A DNA stretch of 64,000 nucleotides. Source: Microthyrium microscopicum. Taxonomy: Eukaryota. Both the position numbers and the translations under genes were made by a program. Where the stretch lies: contig MU004230.1 in NCBI GenBank assembly GCA_010405405.1, positions 2,142,627 through 2,206,626 of the forward strand, read 5' to 3'. The notes under the pieces were generated by a model that was given only the letters and a program-made list of their open reading frames with translations, did no database searches and was not told the origin of the DNA. Below are positions 52,394 to 64,000 of this stretch, piece by piece (positions within the stretch are counted from its first letter, which is position 1; each line of letters starts with the position of its first letter).

Positions 52394-55300
52394 TATGAGT
52401 ATAAAAAAGTGTCGATGACGAGGTTGTGAGGTGCAAGAGTTGAGATTGTTTGGAGAGTGTCAGTCAAAGTTGCCTTCCTGGGAACGAGTATAAAGTTTTG
52501 TTGGGTAGAGTTGATAATGTTTGTGTTAAGAAAGATAGTTTCTGCGGGGAAAACAGTAACCAGGCTGATCAGGGCGGGACCTGATGAGCGGGATCAGCGA
52601 GGTCTTTAAGGATTTCGTTGGAGTAACGCTTTGGGGAGTGCAGAGATGCTGGGCTTGCTGGCATCTGGGAGGAGAACAAGCGTCTGCAAGAATGCGTCGA
52701 GGTCTTCAACGGGAAAGTAGATCGCAGATCGGTGCACGGGAGGCGTCAAGACTCTCAAGAGCTTCTTTTGACTGTTCCAGGGTCTGAATTAGGTACGTGC
52801 ACACTGCACAGTCTGAACTTCTGAAGCAGCGGTTGAGTTAGAGAGGTCTTGGGCTCCTGTACCGTTCGCAGTGTACGGAATACTTCCAGTAGTAGTAAAG
52901 TCTCCAGAAATATCTGTGTGTTCGAACTTCGGGGCTCCGGGTTAAAGAAATTACAATGACACTAGGCGAAGCTGTGGCTTGGACGCGATGGCAAAATACA
53001 ACGGCACGGGATGGGGGGAGCACCAAAGTGGAGTTACGCACTCCTTTGGCTCTTTGGCTTTCAAGCCAGTTTTTATTCATTCTTTCATGTCTCTAACTCG
53101 CGAATTGTTACAGCCAACCGCCATTGCTGACTGTGTTGTTGCAGACGGAGTAGTGAGGCTTCAAGGGGCTTTACTGGGCGGCTGGTTGGTGCTATTGATC
53201 AGAGCCGCGCAAACTACGCCAGAATAGAGAGGCTCTTTGACAACATCTTCTCCGTCTCGCAGCGGGTGGGTTGCGCGGGCAGAATGAGTGGTTGGCAATC
53301 AGCCTTGACGCGGGAATGTATCAGATGTCTTAATATTATCATCTCCAACGCCCAAAGCGCAGCCTGCCACTTCCCCGTCGCTTTCTATCAACTCAGCACA
53401 GAACGCTGTTCTATGAGGTCACATTGACGAGTCGGACAAGCAATTGGCCTGTTGTTCAGCGAGGGTCCACTGTTTGTGTGGCCGCTAGAATGCCAATTCC
53501 GGCCAATTGCCGTGTCTGCTAAAAGACTTCGAACGTTTGTCGAAGGAGCCCATGTCATTCGCCCATCTGCCAGGTTTACATTTACGGTACTCCGTAAACT
53601 GGTTGACCTCTGGTCGGGTTGGCTCATGGTACAATCCACAATCCACGAGCACGAAAACGTGCCTGTACCATCCGGCTGTGAGGAAGCCGTCTTTCGGTCC
53701 TACACTTTTCCCCTTGCAAGATAACAACCAAACTCCGTTCTGCCGGTTGACGGTAAATCTCCATTAGCAAACCGTGATGGTGGATTGGAGAATATTGTTA
53801 TGAGCTAGAACGGAATCGAGAGGAACCGCGCCAAGCGCGGTGGTTGTTACTCAGTAGAAAGAAAACATCTTGTTGGGAGTTGATTTTGTGCTTCTGCGCA
53901 GTGCGGCATTGAACGCGTACACATATGCTTGTTGATAGCATGGCGTGCATTCTCTCCACTGCAAGTAACAAGTTTCACGAACTGCCAGCTACATGTGAAA
54001 ACACAGTCTGCGTTCTTCGTGCTTGTCGCTGATTCATTGACAGCATGTGGCAGAAAACATATAACTCGTCTTCGCTTCATTTTCTGATAAACTGTATCGG
54101 TACTTTCACTTTCCACAATGGATGTAGATTGTGGGGCTCGTTGCCTGGAAATCAACCCCGTGTCCACCGCATCGCATTCGCGACACAACGACCCCAGATA
54201 CCAACCACCATGCAGTAGACCCTGAAGACCAGTGATACCCCTAGGTACGCTAGATCTGAATTGCTTATCTGCGATATTTCGCGTCATTTGTGGCTTCAAT
54301 TGGCCAGGGTAATGCCGAGGACGCCAGATCTGAGCGATGAAATAGTATGGAATAAATGAAGCATCATCATTTCATATCGAAGGTACTATTGAATTGGTTC
54401 CCTCCAGATGGTAAAGGTTCCCCTTTTTTCAAATCACAACAACTTCTCGTCCTTCACTGGGCGCTGTGTCTTGATCAAGAAGCAAGATGCGGTGAGTGGT
54501 TGACCTATCGAGAAAGATGCAATTGCCGTCTACCAGTCACGTTCAGAAACGCATGTTAGTAAAGGCGAAGATGGTAGCTGCATATTGCAACTGGCATGCA
54601 TCCGAGTGTGTCACCCTAGATTTCGGAGGGCGCAGGAGTCGTTTTCATATGATAAATGCAACAATCGTATCGGCAGATTCGGTTACACCAGATTAAATTT
54701 TACCTGAGACTCAACGCAGTCGATACGGAGTGCTCAAGATGAATAAATGGTGTACGAACATTTCAGTGCCATAAACATATTCAAAGTCAAGTCAGCGTTT
54801 ACGGCTCCTGAAGTGGAGGTGCTGCTTCACGACTTGGAGTGACGTCATTCCGTAAGGGTTAAACCTGCCTTAGCGTAGATCCCTTGGCTCTGACTGGCTA
54901 GGACGGACAAGCTAAAAGCCATTAAACTAGCTTGCAGGACTAGCGCGACCGTTGCTTCGGGACGGGAACTCGGCATAACTGCCAGGATAGGGAGCGCCAC
55001 AAAGCCTTGGTGTGCTTGGAGTTGAGAAGCTATCCAGTCATTTTTGGTCATGTCCAATTCTTTACCAGGTCGTTGTTGGCCTGGTTCGATGGCGTTGCTG
55101 CGATGAATCCTCAGTTCATCGTTAACAAAGCTACGAATTGGAGCGCGTTATCTGCACAATCGCGACCAGATCGAGATTGAGGTGAGTCTTGCCCGTCGGA
55201 TGCAGGTTCCAATTCTCCAAAAATATTCAAAACTAAGGTATACCTCTTACTGCTAATACTTAGTATCTTTGTATTGAATCCATAATTAGGAATTGAGAAC

Positions 55301-57085
55301 CTGTCAATCATCCCCCGTGAACCACCACCACCACCAAACCTTAAACTACTTTAAACTGACAACTTTGGGCCAAGACCCACAAGCCAATTGAATTGGATTG
55401 GCAGTCTATCGCATTTTGGAGTGTTTCAAACGGTTCACAAGCCGAATGGGGAAAAGTAGAAGAGCATATCGGGCAAGCAGGAAGTCTGAGCCGAACAGCA
55501 ACGCCCAAAGAAGCAACAAGACAAGCCAAAGAGTCCACAGAAATTTCTACGGGCTTTTCGGATCAGCGCTGCCCCGACTGCTTTAGACACCAAATGGTCC
55601 TTACGCCAGCCACTGGCAGAGACAAGGCTGGGGACTAGCACCGACTACACCGACTTTGCAACCTTCTTTCCGTTTTGATGCAAGTCGCTCCGCGCTGCCT
55701 TTGGACCGCAGAATAACGCTCAACGAACGGCCTTTTTACGCTGCTAATTTGCCTCTATCATCTGCCTTGTTGAGCTGGCAAACTTGGCCCTGCAGAAAGC
55801 CAGCTCAAGTCAGAAGATGGAAGATTCTTTGACCAAAGGAGCGTGCATCTGGTAAAATCCTGAAATGCTTCAATCTTCATTGTTGCAAGGTCAGCAATGA
55901 TCGCTGGACCCTTAAAAGTTCAATCTGCAGCCACCCCAGTTCACACAGCACAAACTCACCAGGGCCCCGGCCTTAGCTTAATTTCACTTTCGGTCTGCCA
56001 AGCCCGTATTACGACAATATGACGAAGGTTATAACTGCCTCGCGGCCTATGCAGATGGGCTTGCTGTCACATAAAGTGACCGGACTGCCAAAATAGTCCT
56101 ACCATCATCAACAAACTCTTCTATATATATTCAACTTAAAGGACATACATTGCCGTTAACCGCAAAGCTGTGTAAACTATAAACATGAATATATTTAGAA
56201 ATCAGAAGCATAATCCCTTCTTTCCAAAGAGCCAACCTGTAGACGTTGTGGCCAATTAATTTCTTTAACGCGGTTGGTTGGCAATGCGCCCAGATACTCA
56301 CTTTATCCACAAAGAGGACCAAAAAAGCAATAAATGTTGGGCGCCTCAAAACACATCTGACATTCTATATTTAGGTATCCGCTGCACTCGATCAGAGCTA
56401 TAATGCGAATTTACATCATCGACTCTATGTTTGCGATTGTATTCTGGAGTACTTATCGCTAAAATCTTGCCAATTAAACACCATCATCACTTTTGGGGCG
56501 TGTTGAAGACGTCTCTCTTCGTATAGTCCCAAGATGAAGCAGATATCTTTTGACGTCATTGCACGGACTTCGTATAGAATGGCTCGTAACGAAGGGTGTC
56601 AGATATGACGAGTATGGGATGCAATTTCTCCTACGCAAATAGCTTATCCTGGCATGGAGCTATTGCCAATTGTGCCTTGTGATAAGGCTTCATATCGCAC
56701 TGATAGCTAGATGCCAATTGTACTTGCCAAGACGTCACAGAGTTCGGTCCATTGAAGGGATAGATGAAATCGGTTGAGGATTGAATGAGGGAGCTCAGCA
56801 TCATCGCGGTCAAATCCCGACCAAATTGCAAATCGGGGTTGGAGAATGATAACGTGGATTGTGATGACGTTCATGTACACGATGTTCTTGATATTACAAT
56901 CACTAGACGGCCTGCGAATGATGTCGTAATAAAAGAAAAGAATCGGCCCTTCCTTACTACATGTATGGATTGCATGAAGACGATAGGTATGGACTTCATA
57001 TGGGAAGCAACTACACATGATGCAAGTACAATGAGCCACAGAGTGGCAGTATAGCACAGTACTTGAATCGGGAATATGCGACTCT

Positions 57086-58741
57086 TTAAGATATTATATC
57101 GTACACTTTCCTTCCAGAAAACCACGTCTGAAGAACTCTAGCCTCGAGCAATGTCACTGGATCATACATCATATCAACAACAACAAAATCTGCCTTCAGG
57201 CCTGCCTTTAATTCTCCATACATTCCTTCTGCAAAGCTGGAGTAAGCAGCACCAGCTGTCGCGCCCGTAATCGCTTGATATAAGCTCAGAGCAAAGTGGC
57301 TGTTCACAGCAGCGTCCTCGGCCTTGGGATCTTTTGCAGATTTTCTAGTTGTCGCTACATACAGATTTGCCAAAGGCGACCAAGGAGCTGTTGGAGAATC
57401 AGATCCAATTGCTATAGTAGCACCTCCATCGGCAAAGTCCTTGTACGCAAATGCTCGACCCAGCGTCTTTGGGCCTAGCAAATCTGGCCACGCACGAAGG
57501 ATCGCCGGATCTGAATGAACTGGCTGGATCGAAGCAGTGATGCCTAGCTCTCCTAGCCTCTTGCCATCTTCTGGCGAGGTCATTTCGAGATGCTCGATTC
57601 GATGTCGTTTGCCTGGCGTGCAGTTCTGTTCGATTGCGTCGATGGCGAGCCTCACTGCAGCATCGCCGATTGCATGGAGGGCACATTGTAGGCCTGCTTG
57701 GTCTGCTTTTTGAACTACAGGCCAGAGCATGTCGGCTGTCCAGAGAGGGTCTATGGACACGGCGTTCTTGGAATATGGTTCGAGGAGTGCTGCTGTGCAA
57801 GCGTCAATCACTCCGTCGCATATGACTTTGATGCCGACGATGCGGAGGTCTGGCGAGAGACGGCTGTTATATCTCTTAGAGAGAGTGATGGCGCGGTCGA
57901 CTTGCGCTAAGCATACGTCTTTATCGCGTGAAGGTGTGATGAGCCAGTAGGCAGATATGCGAATTGGCAATGGGCCATCTTCGTCTTGTAATGCGAGTAT
58001 CGCGGCCCATCCGTTCTCATCCATGGCCATATCAACCAGACCGGTATATCCAGAGGTATTGTAGGCGCTGATTGCGGCACGAAGTGCAGTCTTCTTTTCA
58101 TCCATGCTGGCCACTGTCGCGAGATGGGGCCATACGGTGTTGAGGACCACCGACTCACTGACCAGTCCAGAAGGCTTCCCAGACGCATCTCGTTCGATGA
58201 TGCCTCCCGCAGGATCGCCTAGCGAATCTATTCCAAGCTCTTGTAATGCTGGAGAATTGCACCATGTGGAATGTAGGTCTTTTGAATCTATAAAGATCGG
58301 TTTGTCGCTTAGATCGTCCAGCATTGAGGCTTTTGCTTCGCCATCTGTCATGGATTGCATCCATCCACGGCAGAGAATTCTTTCCACAGAAGAGTTCCAT
58401 TTCACATAGTCGCCAATGGTTTGGCGAATATCTTTAAGATTTTTACAGTTATCAAGGTCGAGCTTTTGCAGTGATTGTCCGAGCAGAAGTAGATGCATGT
58501 GAGCGTCTATGAAACCTGGTAGCACAATCTTGCCTTGTAGATCAATAACCTCTGATTGTCCATTCCAGGTGAGTTCGTGGACGATATCGTCCTCTTTATG
58601 TCCAACGTATTCGATGGTCCCGTCTTTGACAAACATACAATCCCAGAAGTACGGTTTTGTGTCATTTGATAAGTTGGACGAGAAGAATCGCCCATTGATG
58701 AATAGTCGACCCGAGCTCGTAGCTACATTAGTGGAAGACAT
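57086..58741 (-). CDS. Amidohydrolase 3 family (YtcJ-like) metal-dependent hydrolase, intronless
   Basis: DLQGKIVLPGFIDAHMH, DLHSTWCNS, KVICDG, HAIGD, HRIEHLE, GSDSP and GLKADFVVVD. Confidence 0.9.
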   Translation of the reverse strand: MSSTNVATSSGRLFINGRFFSSNLSNDTKPYFWDCMFVKDGTIEYVGHKEDDIVHELTWNGQSEVIDLQGKIVLPGFIDAHMHLLLLGQSLQKLDLDNCKNLKDIRQTIGDYVKWNSSVERILCRGWMQSMTDGEAKASMLDDLSDKPIFIDSKDLHSTWCNSPALQELGIDSLGDPAGGIIERDASGKPSGLVSESVVLNTVWPHLATVASMDEKKTALRAAISAYNTSGYTGLVDMAMDENGWAAILALQDEDGPLPIRISAYWLITPSRDKDVCLAQVDRAITLSKRYNSRLSPDLRIVGIKVICDGVIDACTAALLEPYSKNAVSIDPLWTADMLWPVVQKADQAGLQCALHAIGDAAVRLAIDAIEQNCTPGKRHRIEHLEMTSPEDGKRLGELGITASIQPVHSDPAILRAWPDLLGPKTLGRAFAYKDFADGGATIAIGSDSPTAPWSPLANLYVATTRKSAKDPKAEDAAVNSHFALSLYQAITGATAGAAYSSFAEGMYGELKAGLKADFVVVDMMYDPVTLLEARVLQTWFSGRKVYDIIS

Positions 58742-59065
58742 CTCGGTGCAACTCTGATAATTAAATAATAGAGAAATTGAATCTTTGTTAAGGCGCAAGC
58801 TTGATCACACTTCCCTCTTGAGATATCAATTCACATCCTGCTTCCCCGCATCAGAGCTTGCCGCCCAACGGCCTTGGACACTCAAGCTAATGATGCATTA
58901 TGGACTCGAGTAATGTGTCAGCCTATAGAAGGCTTGGATCAATAGAGTTTGCATTGCTTCAAGGGTTGGACTATCCTCTACAAAAATTGAAGGCCAATAT
59001 CCAGACTTGGTCGTTTTGTATCAATTGACACCGATTCATTCTGCCCCCAATCGTACTCTTGACGA

Positions 59066-62000
59066 CTAAAAATACTTTCTTCCATCAATCTTTTCATGTA
59101 ACCTGCCAGAATCAATCTCTGGCCGTGGCCCAGTCCAACGTTTTACCCCTTCTTTGTTCATCCTCACTTCCAGGTCGAAGATATCGGAGCTTTCCAAACC
59201 CATACAAAAGCTAGCACGCACTGACAACCCTTTGTCTAAGGCTTGTTCGGAGAGGTATGGACGTAACTGCTTGTGAAGTGACCCAGCCATTCTTCTCGAA
59301 GCGAATTTCGTGTTCAAAGCGTTCAGAGAAGTCCACATATGATCCCAGAAGAACACCATCTCGTGCAAGCGTACAATATTTTCATCGAGAAATGCAGACT
59401 TGAACCATTTTTCGAAACCGTGGATGTGCAGAAAAGGAGCAAACATGACTTTGGGAGAGAGCGATTGTGTTTCAACACCCCACTTGTCTTGGAACGTCTC
59501 GAAGAATTCTACTCGGCGTGAAGCTCTTGTTCGTGCAGAGGAATCGATATCAGACGCAGCTCTTGACTCTGACTCTTCCTCGCCATCCACGGTGGAGACA
59601 TTCATGTTGTCAGTAGTGATACCGCTCTGGGACGCCTCAGCAGGACTGGTCCGCTCCCAGTGTTCCCGTGCGCTCGACTCGACAGAACTTGGGTGACCGA
59701 TTAGTAGGTGGCTCAAGAAGCCCCTCGGGCCAGCTGTTTGCTCCTGAAGTTCCTGCTGCGTCTGCTGCTCGCGATACAATTGATAGTCCGGGAAGCGTGG
59801 AAACGGTGCGAGCGCAGTTTTCATACTCCACATACGATCCCAAACAAATGCGCGGCGCCATGCCACGTGCAAAAGAAAATTGTGTCGAAATCTATTATCG
59901 GTGACCAGCTTGGCGAGAGCTTCTCGGTCGTATTCGCCAACTCTGTTGCTATCCAGATCGTCCCACTGTATAGGATAGTCTTCAGGGTGCGGCTGCTCAC
60001 CCACCCAATTTTCTTCTTTGCCTTGCCAGATTCTGTCACGGTCGCAGAACCAGGTCAAAATGATATCGTTCTCGTCGTACATATTATCTTTCATGATATA
60101 GTAGGACAGTACTAGGTTCTGCAAGTTGTGAAAGTACTTCAGATGATGTAATAGTGAAGGTGTAATGTCAGAATGAATGCTATCGGCCGATGGTTCTGGA
60201 CGTTCCCAAACCTAAACTTGGTTAGCTTGCGACCTTTTCACTTGCTCCTAAGCAAGGTCAAAAATATCGACAAGTAAAGTTCGACTCTGGAGTAAGATCA
60301 TAGATTGAACATACCAAAGACCCCAAGTAGCCACAGAATTTCAACTCAGTGATCGTGGACGCAAAATGGTAAGCCACATGATACAGCAGTGGTGGTTCAA
60401 TGGCTGCATTTCTATTGTGCCACCCGTAACTTGCTTTGAATGGACCATCGACGCGTACGACCGCTTCATCTTGAGTTCCTGGATACACCCGCTGCAGATG
60501 ATTTGAGGAAGCGAATCCGTCAACTACATTAGCAGGCATGGGAAGAGACCGCAGTGTGTCAAAATCGGGCAGTTTCTCTTCCTGCAAATGGTCAGCCAAA
60601 CTACCCTCCCATGCGTCTCCTTCTAGTTCTTCCAGGTCGCTACAATCTCGACCCCATGGATTTCCCAGCGGAAAGGAACGTCCGATTGTGATAAGTCGCT
60701 CAAGCGGACATGCAGCCATTGCCCACAGAGTCTCGCGCTTCTCATCACGGGGTACGAAGCCTTCAATCTTCATGGTCTTGACAGATTGCATACGACTTGC
60801 AACGTGCTTGATAAATAGTCGCCGTGAGCGGAGAGATTGCTGGCCATTCGAAACCCTATGGTCTGTTTGTGGTTCGCCGTCATTAAGAAAGTAAACATCC
60901 ACACGAAGAGTGTCAAGCATTTGACCGAGGCGCTCCAGTACGCGAATTACTCGCTGGCTGTGCTCGAGACGCTGGTGTTCGTCCTCATTTCGAGGACGTA
61001 CAATGTCGATGAGATCTTCCCTCAAAAATGCGTCCATTGGCCAAGCAAGGGAGACGAGTTTAGGATGATTCTCCAAGAAGCTAAGAAAATCCACGGACTC
61101 TTGCTGATATAGTTTGGACTTTTGGGGCACTGTATAAGGCTGTAGAAGCAGAACTTCTCTTGGCAACATAGTTGCGTTGCTAATAGCGTTACGGTATTGA
61201 AATGAGCGAAGATGTGGAAATTTCAGCTTCGATAAATCTGCAAATATACGGATATCTTCCCCTATCCAATTCTGTGTTGTGAGATTGAGCCGAGTTGGAG
61301 GTCGTAAAATTATCCAGTCAAGTGTGAGGTTTGTTAGATTCGCAAAGGTTTTGCTTATCCAACTAACCAGGCTCTTACCACTGCCATCATCCGGGTGAAG
61401 TTGTCGTTCATTACCACTTTTACGATGATCGTAGGATAAAAGTCTGCCTAACTCGTGTTGCTGATTATTCAATAATTCTTGAACAAATGGGACACTGGAG
61501 TATATAGCATCATCAAATGCGACGGTAGTGCGACATGGCATTCTATGCTGGCGGGTAGGAGTATGGTGCTGTATAGTAGAACTCTCGATCTCAGGGTGGT
61601 CGTCACACAAAGGGCGACAGAGTGTCTCTTGCTATCAGAACATCAAATTAGCTGCTCGAATTATAGAAATGCTGCCCCAGAAGCGAATATGCAAACAGCG
61701 CATATGTAGAACAAAACCATGTTAAGCTTACCTGAAACGTGTGAGAAGACGTAAAGAACATGCCGCCCATTCCATTTTTCAATCTTACTGGTGGCCCAGC
61801 TCTCGACAAGAAGAATGCAGGATAGTCTCTTCGCCCCCTCGCTGCTCCTCTCAGCTGTATATATTGGTCCGAAGCGTCATCTACGAGTTTCGATCTTCTC
61901 AGGCGTATGCTTTTCAGTTGGCTGAAATCACAGCTTGCGGGCCAGTAGGCTGCATCCCAAGCTGCTGAACAGCATTCGAGCCAAAGTCGAGTTACGGGGA

Positions 62001-62838
62001 CTTCCCTACACCGTGTTCGATCGAAAAAATCGATCATCAGGACTTTGTATAGATTCCAATGGGGCTGCGAGAAGCGAAGCGTATGCACGTTTTTCATGTT
62101 GGCAATGGCCAGTCGAAGTAAATCGATAGTTCGGCGATCAGTCGAGAGCGTCTGGCGGCCTGAACAAGACCACACCAAGTCGCTGAACAACTCTGGTATC
62201 GGCAGATGACAACGATGGGTAACAATACGAACATTCTCTGCGAGATCCGGCCGCGTTGAAAGTAGATAGAGCTTTCGTATCAAAGGAGTATCGTCGTGTT
62301 GATCCATACCAAGCACATTTGAGGAACCCGTAAGCGAAGCATATCGACTGTCTCGTCGACGCCTCTCATTATCTGCGACTTCTGCAGGACCCAACGGGTT
62401 TAAGTCCCATGACGGATAAACTCCACGGTTGCCGTTGGTTACATCGCCGAAGGGAGCTCGACTGGCTCTGCGAGGGTTCGCGCTTGTTGGCGCCTCCGGG
62501 CCAAACACCAGTGGGATACCTGGGAGGGAGTCGGCGTCAAGATCCTTCTCTGGAGCCACATCAGGTCGATAGTCGTATTTGTCAAGATCTCGACGAGGAG
62601 AGCAATCGTCCACGAGATCTAAATGATGCCAAATGATAGCTTCGGCATATGGATGAAGATGAGCGCATGTTAAGTTGATCGATTTGAGGGTGTTGCGAGA
62701 TAGGTATGAGAAGATAGAACTAAGAATCTCTGATGGTAGCCGAGTGATGTTAAGTTTGCTCTTGGGTGAGGTTGAGGACTCGTCTATGGCGAGATCTGCT
62801 AGACCTTCCGACTCGATATTCACTGATGGTGTAGCCAT
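59066..62838 (-). CDS. Large F-box domain protein
   Basis: N-terminal ITRLPSEILSSIFSYLS...L.SINLTC F-box and LRR-like segments (LTNLTL, LRSFQY, LDTLRVD). Three ORFs are joined in frame by introns at about 61731-61632 and 60314-60212. Confidence 0.8.
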
Positions 62839-64000
62839 GTTTCACATAGCATGAGGTTGATCAGACCAGTGGAAACGGCTCGCTCGAGAATATAAGAAAG
62901 CTACAACATCGAGGAACGTAAGAAGGAGTATGCAGAGATTGGAGTTGAGCAGCGAAGAGCATAGGAATGAAGTAGAGTACCTGCAAGAACCATTGATGTG
63001 GCTTGGGAGTAGTCAGGTACATATGTACCCCTCAATCAACAGCCAACGACAACCCCAAGAAGGCGAACTGAAGCATTTGGGCATTTACGAATGAATCAAT
63101 TGGAAAAGGGGTGAATATTGTATCGAGCACAGCTTTTGATATCTCTTCATTGTGGAAATATCACCCTTCTCCAGAACCGAAATTATCATTCAATTGCCCG
63201 CGAATTGACGCGAAAGATGGAGAAGCGTCAAGATAACTGGTATGAGCATGGTCATCATGAGCTGGTCTATTGGACGCGAGAGCTATCATGTAGACCAACC
63301 CGCTGCCGAAATTTATGTCGGCCATTCTGGAGTGTAGTTTTCAGTTTTGATCTCTTATTCACCTCATGTGGTTACCACTAGTATTTTCTGATCCGCTGCT
63401 GATATTTCCTCCTTGTCTACCACGCAACCTCCTGGAAACTAGAAATCCTCCAAAGCAGTGGTGCTGTTCTACCGGTAAGGTTCATACACAGGTAAGTACA
63501 AGCTTCAATAACGGAGAGCCACAATACATACTGAACAAACGTTGTTGAGATATCTCAGCCTCTATGTTTGTTAGTATACGGTTCTGAAATAGGGTAATCA
63601 ATAGCTAAAGTACGCTAATGATAATGGCCTTGCTGGCACGAAGACATCATGCATGATATTAGGAAGGTAGCCATAGAGTGCCATGGGAGCCACAACATGG
63701 CTTATTTCAACACAAGATAATATATGACTAGAATTTATCCAGCTTTTGGAGCTACAAGATTTGCGCTACTAAGCATATTGAAGCTTGCCATTTTATCTTT
63801 GTTGATATTCTGACAGGTACATAGACAAATATCCTGTGAATCAGCTTGTGCTATGGGTCACCTGGTGAATTGCTTCATCTTAATGCGCATCAGATGGGAG
63901 ATCACTCGGACGGCAGATTCACAGGGCAGATACTACGATATATCGATTATAATAGCGCAAACATAAATTGAAGCTCGGAGTATTACCCAATTAGGCATGT

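Noticed and set aside
62840..64000. Short ORFs at the window end
   Set aside because: No motifs or splice support; probably intergenic.

Overview
Gene-dense, intron-containing DNA from a filamentous ascomycete (short GT-AG introns with CTAAC/CTGAC-type branch points). I can support about 24 protein-coding genes. Most are housekeeping: folylpolyglutamate synthase, centrin-like protein, GNAT, aldo-keto reductase, polyubiquitin, peroxiredoxin-like protein, Nup98-Nup96, Noc4, Atp4, complex I 51 kDa subunit, Itc1, an RRM protein, Tah18/NDOR1, SLC35F, a methyltransferase, Pfa4, FlbC, an amidohydrolase and an F-box protein. I found no supportable tRNA, rRNA, CRISPR or intact transposon. The most unusual region is 37.6-41.0 kb, a tandem array of three paralogous loci. 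Each has a conserved leader exon, a phase-1 intron ending exactly 29 nt before a strong-context ATG, and a highly divergent small two-TM ORF. The leader is an intact in-frame N-terminal extension in copy A and is interrupted in copies B and C. Also notable: a Prx1-type peroxiredoxin lacking the resolving Cys, an orphan with SIM-like motifs and acidic repeats, and an HY/T variant of the Nup98-96 autocleavage site. Gene models were spliced by eye and no database searches were run.
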